From assembly GCF_006345805.1 (NCBI RefSeq), contig NC_043001.1, forward strand, positions 61,008,001 through 61,072,000: 64,000 bases of DNA. The letters are read 5' to 3'. Each line of letters starts with the position of its first letter. Position 1 is the first letter of the stretch. The translations under genes were made by a program, and so were the position numbers. Below are positions 39,858 through 52,844 of this stretch, piece by piece. Source of the DNA: Octopus sinensis (Eukaryota). The notes beneath the pieces were generated by a model that had not been told where the DNA came from, ran no database searches, and saw nothing but the letters and a program-made list of their open reading frames with translations.

Positions 39858-42800
39858 TTACCTCGCATTCATGAGGGTCCTTTTACTCACAACATTCTTC
39901 CATCTTTCATCGAACACTTTCTTACTCAGGCCCCTACTCTCTAGTTCTATTTGTCTTTTTAGGTGGAATTTAAAATATTCCAGCAGACTAGAACCAGAGA
40001 TGAAGTTGCCTGCTATCACCCCTTTCATCCTCGTCTTCCATACTGCCTGTTTCGCAATTAAAACCACAGAGAGAAAACAATTCTTACCTTCTTTCGTTAA
40101 GAAATCCGGTGGGTCAATTTTTACAATGGATTCAGCCGATAGCTGTACTCTTCCTCCACTTGACAACAGTTGTTCGGCAAAAATCCACATGTCTGCCACC
40201 TCCGAGCACTGCACGACTGCGTGCGAGACGGTTTCCCTGTCGCGCCCACACCTCGGACAGGCCGGGCTGATTTGGCCACCGTGCCTTGCGAGTTTGTCCC
40301 GAACAGGTAAGGCTCCTCGGTAACACTGCCAAGCCAAGGACTTCTGAAAATTATCCAGGATCTTCGGCCCAAATGTACCTTGGAACAGACTGGCCAGCTG
40401 ATTATCGTCGAAACCTAGGGTTTCCCCTAACGTATCATCGCAACCGGCCTCTACAAACCCTCTATAGAAAACAGCGGTAGAACCACTGCCGCAAGCATTG
40501 CCCGAGCGACGGAATAGTCGGAGTGCCTTGCGACACTCCGTATACCATGTATCCAACTTCGATCTGCGATTATACCAGGCTTCCCGTCCACCAAAACTGG
40601 TGAACTTGGGAAACATCTGTTTCGCCAACGGAGACCACACCCGTTCACCATCCAGATGGAGCCACATATGCCTTAACCTCAGCGCATTTCTGCGCATCAT
40701 TAGCCACGGCATCCCTAGTCCACCCTTTAACGGTTTTTGACAACAGAGCGTCTCACAAGTGGTTTCGAGCTCTTCCACAAAAAGTGAAAGAGCTGTCTTT
40801 CCAACTTGGTCAACCACGAATCCGGGCAAGGCACGACGGTAAGGCGGTAGGTGATCACCGATGCGATAAACACATTGGCTACCTCCGCCCTACCTTTCAG
40901 GGATAACCACCGCCAAGACCAGGTCTTGGCTACTGCAGCCACCCTGCTCGATACCTCGCTCCAGTTCTTCTCTATTTGGAGGTCTGGTCCGAACCAAACC
41001 CCGAGCAACTTAATCGGACCCTCCGTCCAACGTCCCACGACGCTGTCTGAAGGCATCGACTTGCCTCTCCAGGTGCCGAGTTCCAAGCCAACTGACTTTT
41101 CGCGATTAATCTTTGCTCCTGTCACCGTCTCGTAAACCTCTATGGCCTTGCCTACTTTACGTAGGTGATCCATTTCGGTTACGATGATGGTGACGTCATC
41201 CGCGTACGCTGACACCGATTTTCCACAACCTGGCTGTCTCGGGATGCCGCTCAGTTTTCGCAGTAATGGCTCAAGAGCCATCACGTACAAAAGCGGGGAG
41301 AGCGGACACCCTTGACGAACCGAGCGCTTGATGTTGAACAGCTTCGACAAGAAGCCGTTCACCCGAACTACCGAGTCGATGTTGTCGTAAATTTGGATAA
41401 TCCACCTGAGGAAGCCAAGGCCCAGCCCGAAATGGGCCAGGGCAGATACCAGGTAGCGATGGTCGAGCCTATCGAATGCTTTAGATTAGTCTAAATGGAC
41501 CAGTGCCCCACCCTTGCCGGGATCGCTATTAATTCCCTCTATAGTGTATCTGATTAGATGGAGATTATCCTGAATGGACCTGCCAGGTACGGCACACGTT
41601 TGTGCCTTCCCTATTAGTCCATCCGCGACACGCGCCAATCTGTTTGCGTTAAGCAGAGTGATGGGCCTAAAATTATCAATGACATCCCCCTTGTCTGGGT
41701 CCTTCCCGATTAGTGTCACCACTCCCCGGCGCACAGATCTGGGAATAAACCCATTCTGCTGCCAGTTCGCGTAAACGTTCGCCAGTAAGTCCCCGAACAA
41801 GTCCGGCATACTTTTATAAAGCTCGTAGGGTAGACCATCCAGTCCTGGCGCCTTACCTGCGCCGCAGTCAGCCATGGCCTCTATTACTTCCCCAGGCGTG
41901 ATCGGCTCCTCACTACACTTCGCGTCCTGCTCCGAGAGGCGCGGCAGCCCTTCGAGGAGGTCCGTTAGCCCCTCCTCCTATCCGGTCCGCCGCTCCACCC
42001 AAAGAGATGGGCGAAGTGGTCCTGAAAAGCTTCACACATCTCATCGGGCTCGTCTATCAACTTACCTTGTTGGTTCGTCAAAGATCGAATTGTGGCATCG
42101 TTGCCACGTTGGGCTTCCACCAGTCGGGCCCATCTCGCGGCATTAATTCCTTCGCTCCCCATTGCACGTTGTCTAGCCCTGACAATGCAACCCATGTGTT
42201 TGGCTTCGAGGTGCTGGTTTAAAACCAGTCTCTTGACCTTCACCTGGGCTGCCGTGCCAGTTCGCATTGCTTCCTCTAAGTCCTTAACTAGTGCTGATTC
42301 CCTTCTAGCCTCTCTAGCTACTAGATCTATACTACATCTAATGGACTCATATCTGATGGCTCGCTTGAGGGCATACCACCATTTGTTGTTAATTATGGTT
42401 CCGGTCAAAGCCCTCTGAATCATTAACCTTATCCTGTCACTGTGCTCCTTAATCGCCAAAAGGGACGTATTAAGTTTCCAGTAACCAGGACCTCTATTCG
42501 TCTTATCTATGTCTAGCCTACAGGTGACCATCTTGTGGTCACTGTAGCTGACCATGTGGAGCTGTGGACTCCTAGCTAGTTTCTTATCTACTTTTCTAAT
42601 TAATATCCTGTCTATGTACGACTTGATAGATCCGTCGCTGTTTGACCATGTCCACAATGGAGCGTCCGGATGTTCCAGTCTATATGGATCTACCAGCTCG
42701 AAACGTCTTAGTAGATCCTGGAAGCAAGCATTTCCTTTCCTATCTGTTCGCGAGCCCTCAGAGTCTACCCGCACATCGTAGACTGTGTTGAAGTCTCCTA

Positions 42801-43221
42801 AAACAACTAAAGGATGCGATGTACTCAGAAACTTTCCAAGGTTCCGAAAATAATCACTTTGTTCCCCTTGACTGTGGGGTGCGTAAACCGCAACCAGCCT
42901 GATTGTCTTACGACTACTGAACGTCAAATCAACGACGACCAGTCTACCTTCTGGATCTGAAAAAATCAACTTTTTCTCAGAAACCCGGTTCTTTTTACAC
43001 AGGACCAACACCCCGCTTCCGCCGGACAGACGGCTCGGAGGGATAATTCTCTCGTAACCGCCGAACAACGGGAGCGGATCTCTTGACCCCTTTAACCAGG
43101 TTTCTGTGGCAACAACAACATCTAAATCCGGTGACCTGATGTCATTTAGGAGGCGCCCTTGCTTCCAGTTCGTCACCAGGCCACGCACATTTATGCACCC
43201 TACATGAATACGAGCCATCAC
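39858..43221 (-). pseudogene. Element C ORF2 (APE-RT), disrupted
   Basis: ORFs 41965-43221, 41486-41875, 40727-41362 and 39858-40829; TAA at 41486-41488 in LD*SKAFD; YADD present. Confidence 0.93.
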
Positions 43222-43748
43222 CTACCTTTTAGTTGGTTTTCCTTTTTTTCCGTTTGTCGTGGGGGGAAGTCCGCATTATACAACGACTCGTGCAAGTCGA
43301 GACGCGGACCTCTGATGTCTTTTGGGTATTCCTCATGTATAATGTTGTAATTTAACCTGTCGATCTTACACACTTCTACATTTTTGGGCAATACCCTGTA
43401 AGTTTGAATTTTTTCTGCTGTTGGGGCTTCATTAATAAGTTTCACCAACCTATCGTTATCTTTGTTTATTGAGATGTACACCATCTCTAAACCTTCCATT
43501 TTTTCTTTGGGCTTTGTGGGGGCGATGGGGGGGACGGCGGGGAGTAGTTTGGGAGGGGAAGGAATTGTTCGACACTGGGAGGTGGGGGTGGTTGTTCGGG
43601 TTGGGTTGGGGGGGGTCTTCTCTTTTTTTTTCTTTTGTGGGGAACCGTGGTTGGGTGGGGTAAATTTTCCCCCCTGTGTGTTATTTTTCTTTTTGCTTGT
43701 GCATGGGGTGGGTGGGTTTAAGTCTTCATTTTTTCTTTTTGGTGTTTT

Positions 43749-44855
43749 TTACTGCCTCACCAGTGTGAAGGCATTTTCTTCTTCTGTTGTTTTCTCTTCC
43801 ACCGTCTCTTTTTTCCTCTTCTCCTCTGCTTCTGTCCTTTTTCTCTCTTCTTCTTTCTTGCGGGTGGGGCAGTCTATACGGATGTGGCCTTTCTCACCAC
43901 ATCCGTAGCATCGAGGCTTTCGCCCCTCCACCACCACCCGCAAATTTATTTCATCGCTGAAATTGATATTTTCTGCGACCTCCTCCAATGTCTCTGGGGC
44001 CGCCTGTACTGTCACTTGAAGAGTTTGACCTCTCCAGTTTTCCATCCTGATCTTTGTTATCGCTATAACACTTATTTTTTCTTCCAGCCCTATTAGTAAG
44101 GCTGGAAACAACCACTTTACCTCGATTTCTGGAGGTATGTCCTCGATTCTTATTTTGGCGGACCTCCGCCCCAAATAGGGAGGTATGAGAACAATATCAC
44201 TCGCCTTAATTGGGGTTAGCGAGTGCTTTCTTGCCATTTGTTCGCTCTTAAAATATACCATCATTGTGGCGTACTTTTTGCCCCATGTCACAAAGTCTAT
44301 GTCTTGCCATATTGGTTGCAGGCACTTCTCTGCCTGTTCTTTTGTTACTCTTTCAATTTTTTTCTCTTTTATTACAAATGATTTGTAAATCACTATCCTT
44401 CTTTGTGTTTCATTTTTAATTTCTTTTGGGAGGGTGGCTTTTATATTATTCCCCTCCCTTACAAACATATTTTTGTATTTTTCATATTCTATGTCCTCCA
44501 TTTTAATCTTTTCCGTCTTCCGTCCAGCGGCGGCTGCGAAGTTGTATGTTTTAGCTTGTTTTCCTTTCGAAGGCGAACCTTCAATAATTTTAGCTGCAGA
44601 CACAGCTACACTTGAAGGCGAATCTTCGATAACTTTAGCTGCAAGCACAGCTTCACTTGAAGGCGAACCTTCAATAATTTTAGCTGCAGACACAGCTACA
44701 GTTGAAGGCGAACCTTCGATGACTTTAACTGCAGGCAAACCTGCTTCACTTGAAGGCGAACCTTCGTCACTTGAAGCGGACAGTGTTTCCACATCAAACA
44801 ACATTTTTTTTGACATCATGTCTTTTTTGTTCATTTTTTCAAATGCATTCTTCAT
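43749..44855 (-). CDS. Element C ORF1, N-terminal 368 aa (EGSPS repeats, CCHC knuckle)
   Basis: Long ORF; C-terminal part continues out of frame (43218-43499). Confidence 0.85.
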   Translation of the reverse strand: MKNAFEKMNKKDMMSKKMLFDVETLSASSDEGSPSSEAGLPAVKVIEGSPSTVAVSAAKIIEGSPSSEAVLAAKVIEDSPSSVAVSAAKIIEGSPSKGKQAKTYNFAAAAGRKTEKIKMEDIEYEKYKNMFVREGNNIKATLPKEIKNETQRRIVIYKSFVIKEKKIERVTKEQAEKCLQPIWQDIDFVTWGKKYATMMVYFKSEQMARKHSLTPIKASDIVLIPPYLGRRSAKIRIEDIPPEIEVKWLFPALLIGLEEKISVIAITKIRMENWRGQTLQVTVQAAPETLEEVAENINFSDEINLRVVVEGRKPRCYGCGEKGHIRIDCPTRKKEEERKRTEAEEKRKKETVEEKTTEEENAFTLVRQ

Positions 44856-45837
44856 TTTTTTTTCACAAATGTAGTGTTATATATATATTTTTTTGTTTTT
44901 GTATGTAACGTGTAGCACTTTTCCCCTCCGTAAGGAGGGGAATAAAAATATTTTTCGTTATTACACCAGACGTTCAAAGTTCAAACAAAACAACAGTTTC
45001 TTTAACAAACGCTAAACAGTTACTTACAAATTACTGAAAATACCACGCTTCAAATACGGGAAAAATCAGACATCAATTAAATGGACTTGTTAGCTCTTCT
45101 TTTTTCTCTACATTGTATACTTTATAGACAATAGTCTTTTCTTTAATTTAATTTTTTATTATCCATCTGGACTATTCCATTTCTGCACGCTAATTTTATT
45201 TTCATTTTATTCCCATTCATGTGAAACCACTTATTCAAGTTCAAATCATTGATGCAATTTTATACCAATTGCTATTTTTACTTTTGTTATGTTACGATTA
45301 TATTATACTTTAGTTTGATTTTAATTATTACTTACTACATATCATTCAATTGTTATTATTATTTTTATTGTTAAAGTGAAAGCATCTGACATATAATAGA
45401 GAAATATTTTTGTTTCACTTTTAACACGTAATACTGAAATAGTGGAGAAGTTATGATATTGCTATGGGCTCGCTCTAGGCAAGAAGTTGAACATTTTTGC
45501 CCATGAAACTACATGGACCCTAAGTAAGGCATGTGTAAAATTTGAATGAAATTGGTTGTGTAGTTCTCAAGTTTTAGGGAATCGTATTGGAGAAGATATG
45601 GTATTGTTGTGGGCTCGCCCTAGGCAAAAAGTTAAAACTTTTTTGCCGATGAAACTCCGCGGACCCTAAGTAAGGCATGTGTAAAATTTGAATGAAATTG
45701 GTTGTGTAGTTCTCAAGTTTTAGGGAAACACACAGACAGACAGACAGACATTCAGACAAACATTCTCAGTTTTATATATATAAAGATATATATACGTACA
45801 TATATATAAATGTATGAGTGTGTGTGTGTAAATGAGG

Positions 45838-45985
45838 CTCAGGAGTGGCTATGTGGCAAGAAGCTTGCTTCCCAACCACGCGCTTCCGGGTTCAATCCCA
45901 CTGCGTAGCAGCTTGGGCAAGTGTCTGCTGCCTTGTGAGTGGACTGGTAGATGGAAACTGAAAGATGCCCGTCGTATGTATACTT
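45838..45985 (+). mobile_element. tRNA-derived SINE
   Basis: A-box-like TGGCTATGTGG, B-box GGGTTCAATCCC and a tail shared with 21424-21505. Confidence 0.8.
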
Positions 45986-46329
45986 ATATATGTCTGTGGA
46001 CATAAGGGTTCATATGCTTATATTTTTTGTCAAGCCACATCTCGACCTCTTAGCCAACATTATAAAAGTGAGAGACGAAATGATCAATGAAGATCCCGAA
46101 TATTTTGCAACTTGTAGAGCTCAAACTGGCGACATCAAGACAAATCACACGCCACCCATCCTCAAAAAAAGCACCGAAAGCAGCAATGGTTGTGATGGTA
46201 ACATTTAAAACAGAACTGTAATGAAAAACAGAGGGGAATACGAGATGCAGCCAGAAAAAATAATGTTGTCCTTAAGTCTGTAACTCAAAACAAGATTATA
46301 GACAAACGCTCGAAACACTCAAAAGTGAA

Positions 46330-47480
46330 ACGAACAAGCGCAAGTGCAAAAATTGGTAGAACCAAGATTGTCTGTAAATTCTATTTAAATGTCGCCTTCT
46401 GGCATGGATATAAAGGAACAACAAACAACTATGCCCATCACAAGCGTTATCGAAATAATAAGCAGGGCAATCCCCACAAGGAATCCAGCAAAAACAGAGA
46501 AGAGGGAACTACCAAACAATGACCCCAACAAGGAAAATAAGGCCTCATAAGAATATTGAACGAAATCTACGCACACCCTCTGCACCGCTCACAAGATAAT
46601 ATGCAGAGGCTGCCTCAACTATAGCTATCTAGCAGCAAGCTCTTTTGAGCAACCCAGAACTGTAATGAAAAACAGAGGGGAATACGCGATGCAGCCAGAA
46701 AAAATAACGTTGTCCTTAAGTCTGTAACTCAAAACAAAAATATAGACAAACGCTCAGTTTGTTACACTTCAATAAAACATATAAAGCAATTGGTGTAGTT
46801 ATATGCACATCTTATCGTCCACAAATTGCCCCGAATGATAGTGGTAAATTTGAGAATAACCTCAGACACATGGAAGAGGGATTGAAAAGCGAGGGCAAAC
46901 AAATCAATATACTCCTTTTGGGTAACTCTAACTCGCCAAACTTTAAATGGCCTGAAGGCCACATTCTCTCTAGGATGTCACTGCATTAACAAAAGTAAAT
47001 AAAATCAAGACTGAACTTTTTAATATACTTTTCGTAGGACAAATGAAAACCAGCCAACCAGGGATAATAACATCCCAAATCTCAGCTTCACAAATAATTT
47101 CAACTGTATCCCAGTTGAATTTCTATAAAGCAGAATCGCACCCAATCAGCAAAGCGATTCAGAAACGAAACTGCTCCGATATTCTGTCTATGCAGGACAC
47201 TGATTTAAAACTCAATTAATTTATGCAGACAGCGCAAACTATATTCGCTAAATATACCCCAGAAGGAAAGTCAAGTATCACTACAATAATTACGAACAAA
47301 ATCCCCTGGGACAGGAAACTTATGAGACACAGATCAAAGGTCCCAAACCCGCTGAGTAGGTAACTGAAGGATAGGCTGAAGTTACATTTAAGACAGACAT
47401 TCATGGAAATTGAAAACAAAATCAAACTCTCCCGTCAAAAGAAAAGAACAGAGAGACAGATAGAAAACAGGTGTGAAAAG
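46330..47480 (+). mobile_element. Degraded CR1/L2-like LINE fragment (ORF1 CCCH-like piece and APE remnant)
   Basis: KIVCKFYLN..HGYKG; VVICTSYRP..ILLLGNSNSPNFKW resembles the APE YRPP and GDFN.P..W motifs. Confidence 0.55.
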
Positions 47481-50400
47481 CCTAAACACTAACCCTAAAG
47501 CTTTCTATAAAGTTGCAAAAGAAACGGCAACAATAGAATAAATAAGCAGGACCGTTGTTCCAAGGGAATGTCTCACTGACCGAGGACTCGAGAAAGGTAC
47601 AGTGAACAATTTAAAAGTGTCTCCATTTCCTCCCTGGGACACACGTGGAATTCTTTAGCATTGAAACTCAACAAACGCGACAAGCGTCGATTACATCGAC
47701 AGTCAGGAGGTAGAAGTTAAACAGTTAAAGTAAAAAGGTAAACTATATACTATTCTAAATGAACCTCAATCTTGTTTCCTTGCTTGCTGTGTTACACAGC
47801 CAAAGCGGCGCGTAATGAGAAATTACATTGAAAGTAAAGTGCCCCTGAAATATGAATACAAACGTAATAAAACAAGTTACGCGTAAACCGCACTTGAGGT
47901 TCTTGAGATATTGGGGGTTTAGGGGTTAAATACCCAAAACGGTGCATAATGGGAAAATACTCCGAACATAACCCTGAAAGGCAAGAGACTAACCTTTCGA
48001 AGAGACACATTAGTGACATTAACTTGACAACGAAAAAATACGAGTTGTTTTCTTACAGTAAATGTTTCTATTTTCGCTTTTGTTAAATACAGTAGTTTAA
48101 TCATTTGGAAATATTTTTAACTGAATGTGATTTCAAAAATGTAAGTTGTTTGTACAGTAACTATTTATGTTTTAGCTTTCTTTAAACAGAGAATATTTTG
48201 ATTTTTCTAAAAAATTAACTTCAATTGAATACCATTACAATTATTTCGAGTGCATTCAACGTATCTCACCTACAAAGTTTTGTCTGCTATTTCTAGCATG
48301 CCCTGCTTCTACGTAACAGCTAAAGGACCTACAATACTGGTTACGTTGTAGCCGGGCGTTCATGAAATAGCAGCCAAATATTTCCTTTTCTGTGAAAAAA
48401 GCCGTTTACGCATGATTTATATGTCAAGTTTTGCGTAAATTGCACCACGAGTTACCGAGATACACATTTTTTTCGAATACCTTTATAAATAGCCGAACTG
48501 GTGTATAATGAGGGAAATGCTTTGAAAGTAAGGTACCATTGAAATGTGAATACACGCGGAATAAGAGAAGTTTCGTGTAAATCGGACGACAGAATCCCGA
48601 GATACACAGTATTTCGGGTATCTTGAACTATTGGTAACCCAACTGGTCACGGGTAGTAAAGTATTGAATTGAAAAGTAAAATTAAGCGCTGGCACCAATA
48701 GGAAGGACAACATAACTTTAGAAAGTGATTTCAGTTTCCTAGGAAAATATTTTCATGTGTGTATATGTACAAAAATGCGCGTTTGGATTCCAGAACGAAC
48801 ACATATTTTTGCATGTCAGAATATGTAGGTGTCATTGTGCATATGTGCGGTTGCATATATATACAAGTAAATATATATACAAGTAAATATATATACAAGT
48901 AGAAATATATATACAAGTATATGTAGATAATTAGGTTTCGTGTAATGCGCGTGAATTTGTCTGGGTACGATACAAGGGTTCTTAATGCATACGAGTGGGG
49001 TAATGAGGGATAATTAGTGTACTACCTATCGCACATCACCTACCACAGAAATTACTGTTAGACACACTTTGCCTACCTGAGAGCAGGTTGCTTGAAGCTA
49101 ACACAACAGATTTCTCAATGAGCGGCTCACTAGCTTACTTAACCTCGCTTTATGAGAAGGGCTGTTTACAATGTAGTTGTTATAGTTCCTATAGGTAGCA
49201 CTATTATAGATGTTATTGTCATAGCAGTAGTCAAAGACGCTACACGATTCTGTGGCTGTCTTTTTTTTTATTTCTGAATATGTGTAATTGTAGGTTTTTG
49301 TTTGAACTTTGAACGTCTGTTTTTGGGTGGGTATGTAAGTGTTCTATATTGGAAACATATAATCAGTACTTGCGATCTCAAAGTATGTCTTTTCTGTCTG
49401 AATACAGAAGCCTTAACAATAGCAAAATATAAACGAAAACAGTACATGAAATACACCGAAATTGATCGCTGGCAATGTTAAATTCGCAACGATGAAACCA
49501 ATTCTTCAATCACTCCACTTGTTTCAGCCTACTAAATTGTATATATCTATAACTTACCTCTACGATCAATTTGTTAAGAAACTGATTCCCAAAACCTTTT
49601 ACATTAATGAATTTACAGATTAATTTTACTTATATAATTAAGGAGGAATATCACGAAAATAGAAAAACAAAGAAAAAGAAATGTAACTTCATGCTTATAT
49701 GAAAGGTAATGTGAAAATGTTTTTCTCTTCCTGTGTTCATTTATATATCCATATTTGTTAACGGTTATATTTAATATTTATGTTGGTCTATTTTGTATTC
49801 GTTTCTTTTTGCATCTATTATTCATTATTCATCTTTTATAAAAGTGAAGCTATGTCCCTTAATTTTCTGCTTTTCTATGCACAAACCGAGAAGAAATCCT
49901 GCGGAACAGTCGTTATTTTAATGGGATAGATCTTGAAATCACTGGAAGAGACACATTTATACCAATGGATACTCTTAAACCAATTGTTAAATATTCCACC
50001 CGTGGGCGATCAATGCTAGATGGATCGAAACTATTGTAGTTATTAATAAACATTAATAAACATATATAATAGTGAGATCCAGTATTCTCGTAGTGCAGAC
50101 TGTTAGTTTAAAGCATAGAAAAGTCTTGAATATATAACACAAAGTAATTGATAATTATTGATATAAAGTGTGTTAATCAATAAGATGACTGCCACCATTC
50201 ACCTATAGTATATAGCAACAAAAGTGCAACAAAATATAAGTCAGTCAAACGAGTGCTGTAGGAAGTTACGTATTACAGAGTTTCAGAGGATTCGCCGAAC
50301 TAATATTAGATAACTTTAACGTGTTACATAGAGGTTCAGCTGCTTCTCCTCAGGCACGATGCTACTTGTGTACAAGTTCATTTTTGTAAACAGTTTACCC

Positions 50401-51649
50401 TAATACTGCTGCAATTCATACAATTGCAACACCTGAAATAGGACTGGACGTATGACTGGTATAGCGACCAATCACATTTCTCTTCTAGAAACAAACGCAA
50501 TGAATTTGAGAGGGTAAGGTTTAAACGGGTAAATTCTGAACGTTTATGTTGCACCTTAACGTTACGGAGTATACGTTTACTGAGTCCTTTAAAACATGCG
50601 TAGAAACAGCAGTAAGGAAAATTCAGCACACTTTTCTTCATCCTTTCTTCTCATCCAGCTTTGGATTCTACCTGTGCTGACCAGCTCTGCCTAATACCAA
50701 TAATTCGGACATACCTTATAACTCTTCAGGGAGAACACTAGCATATGCCATAACTATTACGGACTTCTTGAACTGATCTATCGACCTCTTATGATCTATG
50801 CTTCAGTTCTTCCTTCATGCTTAATATATGCTTAAATATATGCCATGATCTGACACCAGCCGTCTGCTTATATTTTTATTTTATGATATAAATACACACA
50901 TGTATTATATCAAACTCAAAAAACCATATATATATATATATATTAGGTATGATTATATATGGATGTATTTATGATGTTGCACTTCTATCAATATATTGGC
51001 CCATGGAAGAGAATATATATTTTCAAATATTGGTATATCCTGATGCATAGACATTGCTTTGAATTCTTAGAACCTTCATAATTTAGGCAACGCTTGGAAG
51101 TTAAAATCAATCACCTTTATTCACAGACTCACTTGCCGTCTATTTCTATGAAGTCAATGTCTGAAGGCGATGTTGATAAGCAAGTTATTTAAGCTAGTTG
51201 AAGTATTATGCTACCATAGCGATTTTCTGCCAATCTTCATTTTAACTTCGACATAAACTCATTTCCCTAACACAATATATCTCCGAAACACCTATCGTTT
51301 ATACGCCTGTACCAAAATCAGAAAATCTTTTGTTGTCCGTGCGCTAAATGTAAAATCGTAAGGATTAACTTGGTTTCGGTATGATAAGAAGTAAATCTCT
51401 GATTCGGTGTAATTTGATTGGTTTCCTATTCATAAATAATTTTTACTGGTAGTTTAGATTATTCACTTTGTAATTATCTATCACAGATTCTATTGTTACT
51501 GGTGAATATCTATGGAATTACTTCTAGACCTTGACGGGTAATATCCTATTTTCTTTCTCCAGCTATCTTATTAGGAGCTAATTCGATTGCTACACGGATA
51601 GCAACTAGTTAACTACAGACACTTATTTCTCTTTCCCTGTCCTTTAATC

Positions 51650-51839
51650 ATCACTATGATGATAATCCTCCTCGTCCTCATGCTCAGCTTCATCATTGTC
51701 AACATCAGCATCACTGTCATCAATGCCATCCAACTATGAATGACCTTATCGAAACCGACATTCACAGTATCACCATCAAATAATTGTCTCCATCGTCATT
51801 TTGAAACCAATCGTATATCAATATACTGCCATCATCATC

Positions 51840-51901
<62 letters not shown>

Positions 51902-52018
51902 CCACCACCATCACCACCAACCCATCACCTCCACAATCGCTGCCATCATCACAACCACCACCATCACTTCCACAGCCACAACCACCCTCACAATCACCGC
52001 CACTTCCTCCATCATCAC

Positions 52019-52064
<46 letters not shown>

Positions 52065-52065
52065 G

Positions 52066-52097
<32 letters not shown>

Positions 52098-52105
52098 GTT
52101 ATCAT
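51650..52105. repeat. (CAT)n/(CAC)n microsatellite
   Basis: Directly visible; poly-His and poly-Met ORFs are artefacts. Confidence 0.96.
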
Positions 52106-52844
52106 TATCCCCATCCTTTTCATTTGGTAATGAGACTTAACACATGATAAGATTCCTCTCCTGTAACCTTCCTTCATCATCTACCCGTTGGTAGTTATTA
52201 CATATTTAGTAAGAACAGTCAACAACTAAACGATATTCAAGGACATCACAACGACGTTATCATTTAAGAATTTATTTCTTCTGTATGTACTTTTCTTTCT
52301 TCATAATGCTCTACAACATTTCTTCCGCTTTCGGACAATTTATCTATTGCCTAATAGTTACTTATTAGATCTGCTGTAGTACAGAGGTACCAGAAAGTAA
52401 TATATTGTTTGTGATTCTTTCAGTGTTCATTTTTAAAATGTTGCGCTTGTAAAAAATGAGCACGATGAAAATGGGTACATAAATGTGAATTCTTTAAGCT
52501 ATAAAATCTGTAATTTATCCACATAGTTTTATCTTGATTGGACTGAGGTTTATCTGATATTACCTTATCAATTTTTCGAACCTTAGACAATTTCCGAAAT
52601 GATTTTCTATGATATATTATAGTGAGTTTGTTTATTTGCTCATTGTCTAAAAGTTATATGTACGAGCGTATGTGTGTGTGCGTATGTGTACGTGGGAAAT
52701 GTGACTGGGGACTGTTGTTGCTGCCACCTATAGTTGCTTTCAGAGTAAGAGGCGGTGAGTAAAAAGCCACGCTATTAAATAGAAGATTATGAGAAATTTA
52801 CCTTAAAGGAAGTCAAACGCTCAGATATATATATAGGTGTGTGT

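Larger units (their letters stand above)
39631..45080 (-). mobile_element. Tx1/L1-like LINE element C, full-length defective
   Basis: ORF1 with CYGCGEKGHIRIDC knuckle; ORF2 APE-RT-CCHC in fragments; AATAAA near the 3' end. Confidence 0.95.
33364..45786 (-). mobile_element. Putative non-autonomous Helitron-like element split by the Tx1 array (halves 33364-33531 and 45097-45786)
   Basis: Minus-strand 5' end A|TC at 45786 followed by a (CTGT)n tract and a 146-bp internal tandem repeat (45515/45661); 3' end is hairpin GACCCG-N7-CGGGTC then (G)TAG|T at 33364. Joining the halves is inference. Confidence 0.45.

Noticed and set aside
43500-43720. G-quadruplex-like G runs on the + strand
   Set aside because: Antisense of a proline-rich ORF1 segment, which explains the composition.
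26300-52698. Three CGTGGGAA (CSL/Su(H)) sites at 26300, 29806 and 52691
   Set aside because: Unclustered, with no linked gene; compatible with chance.
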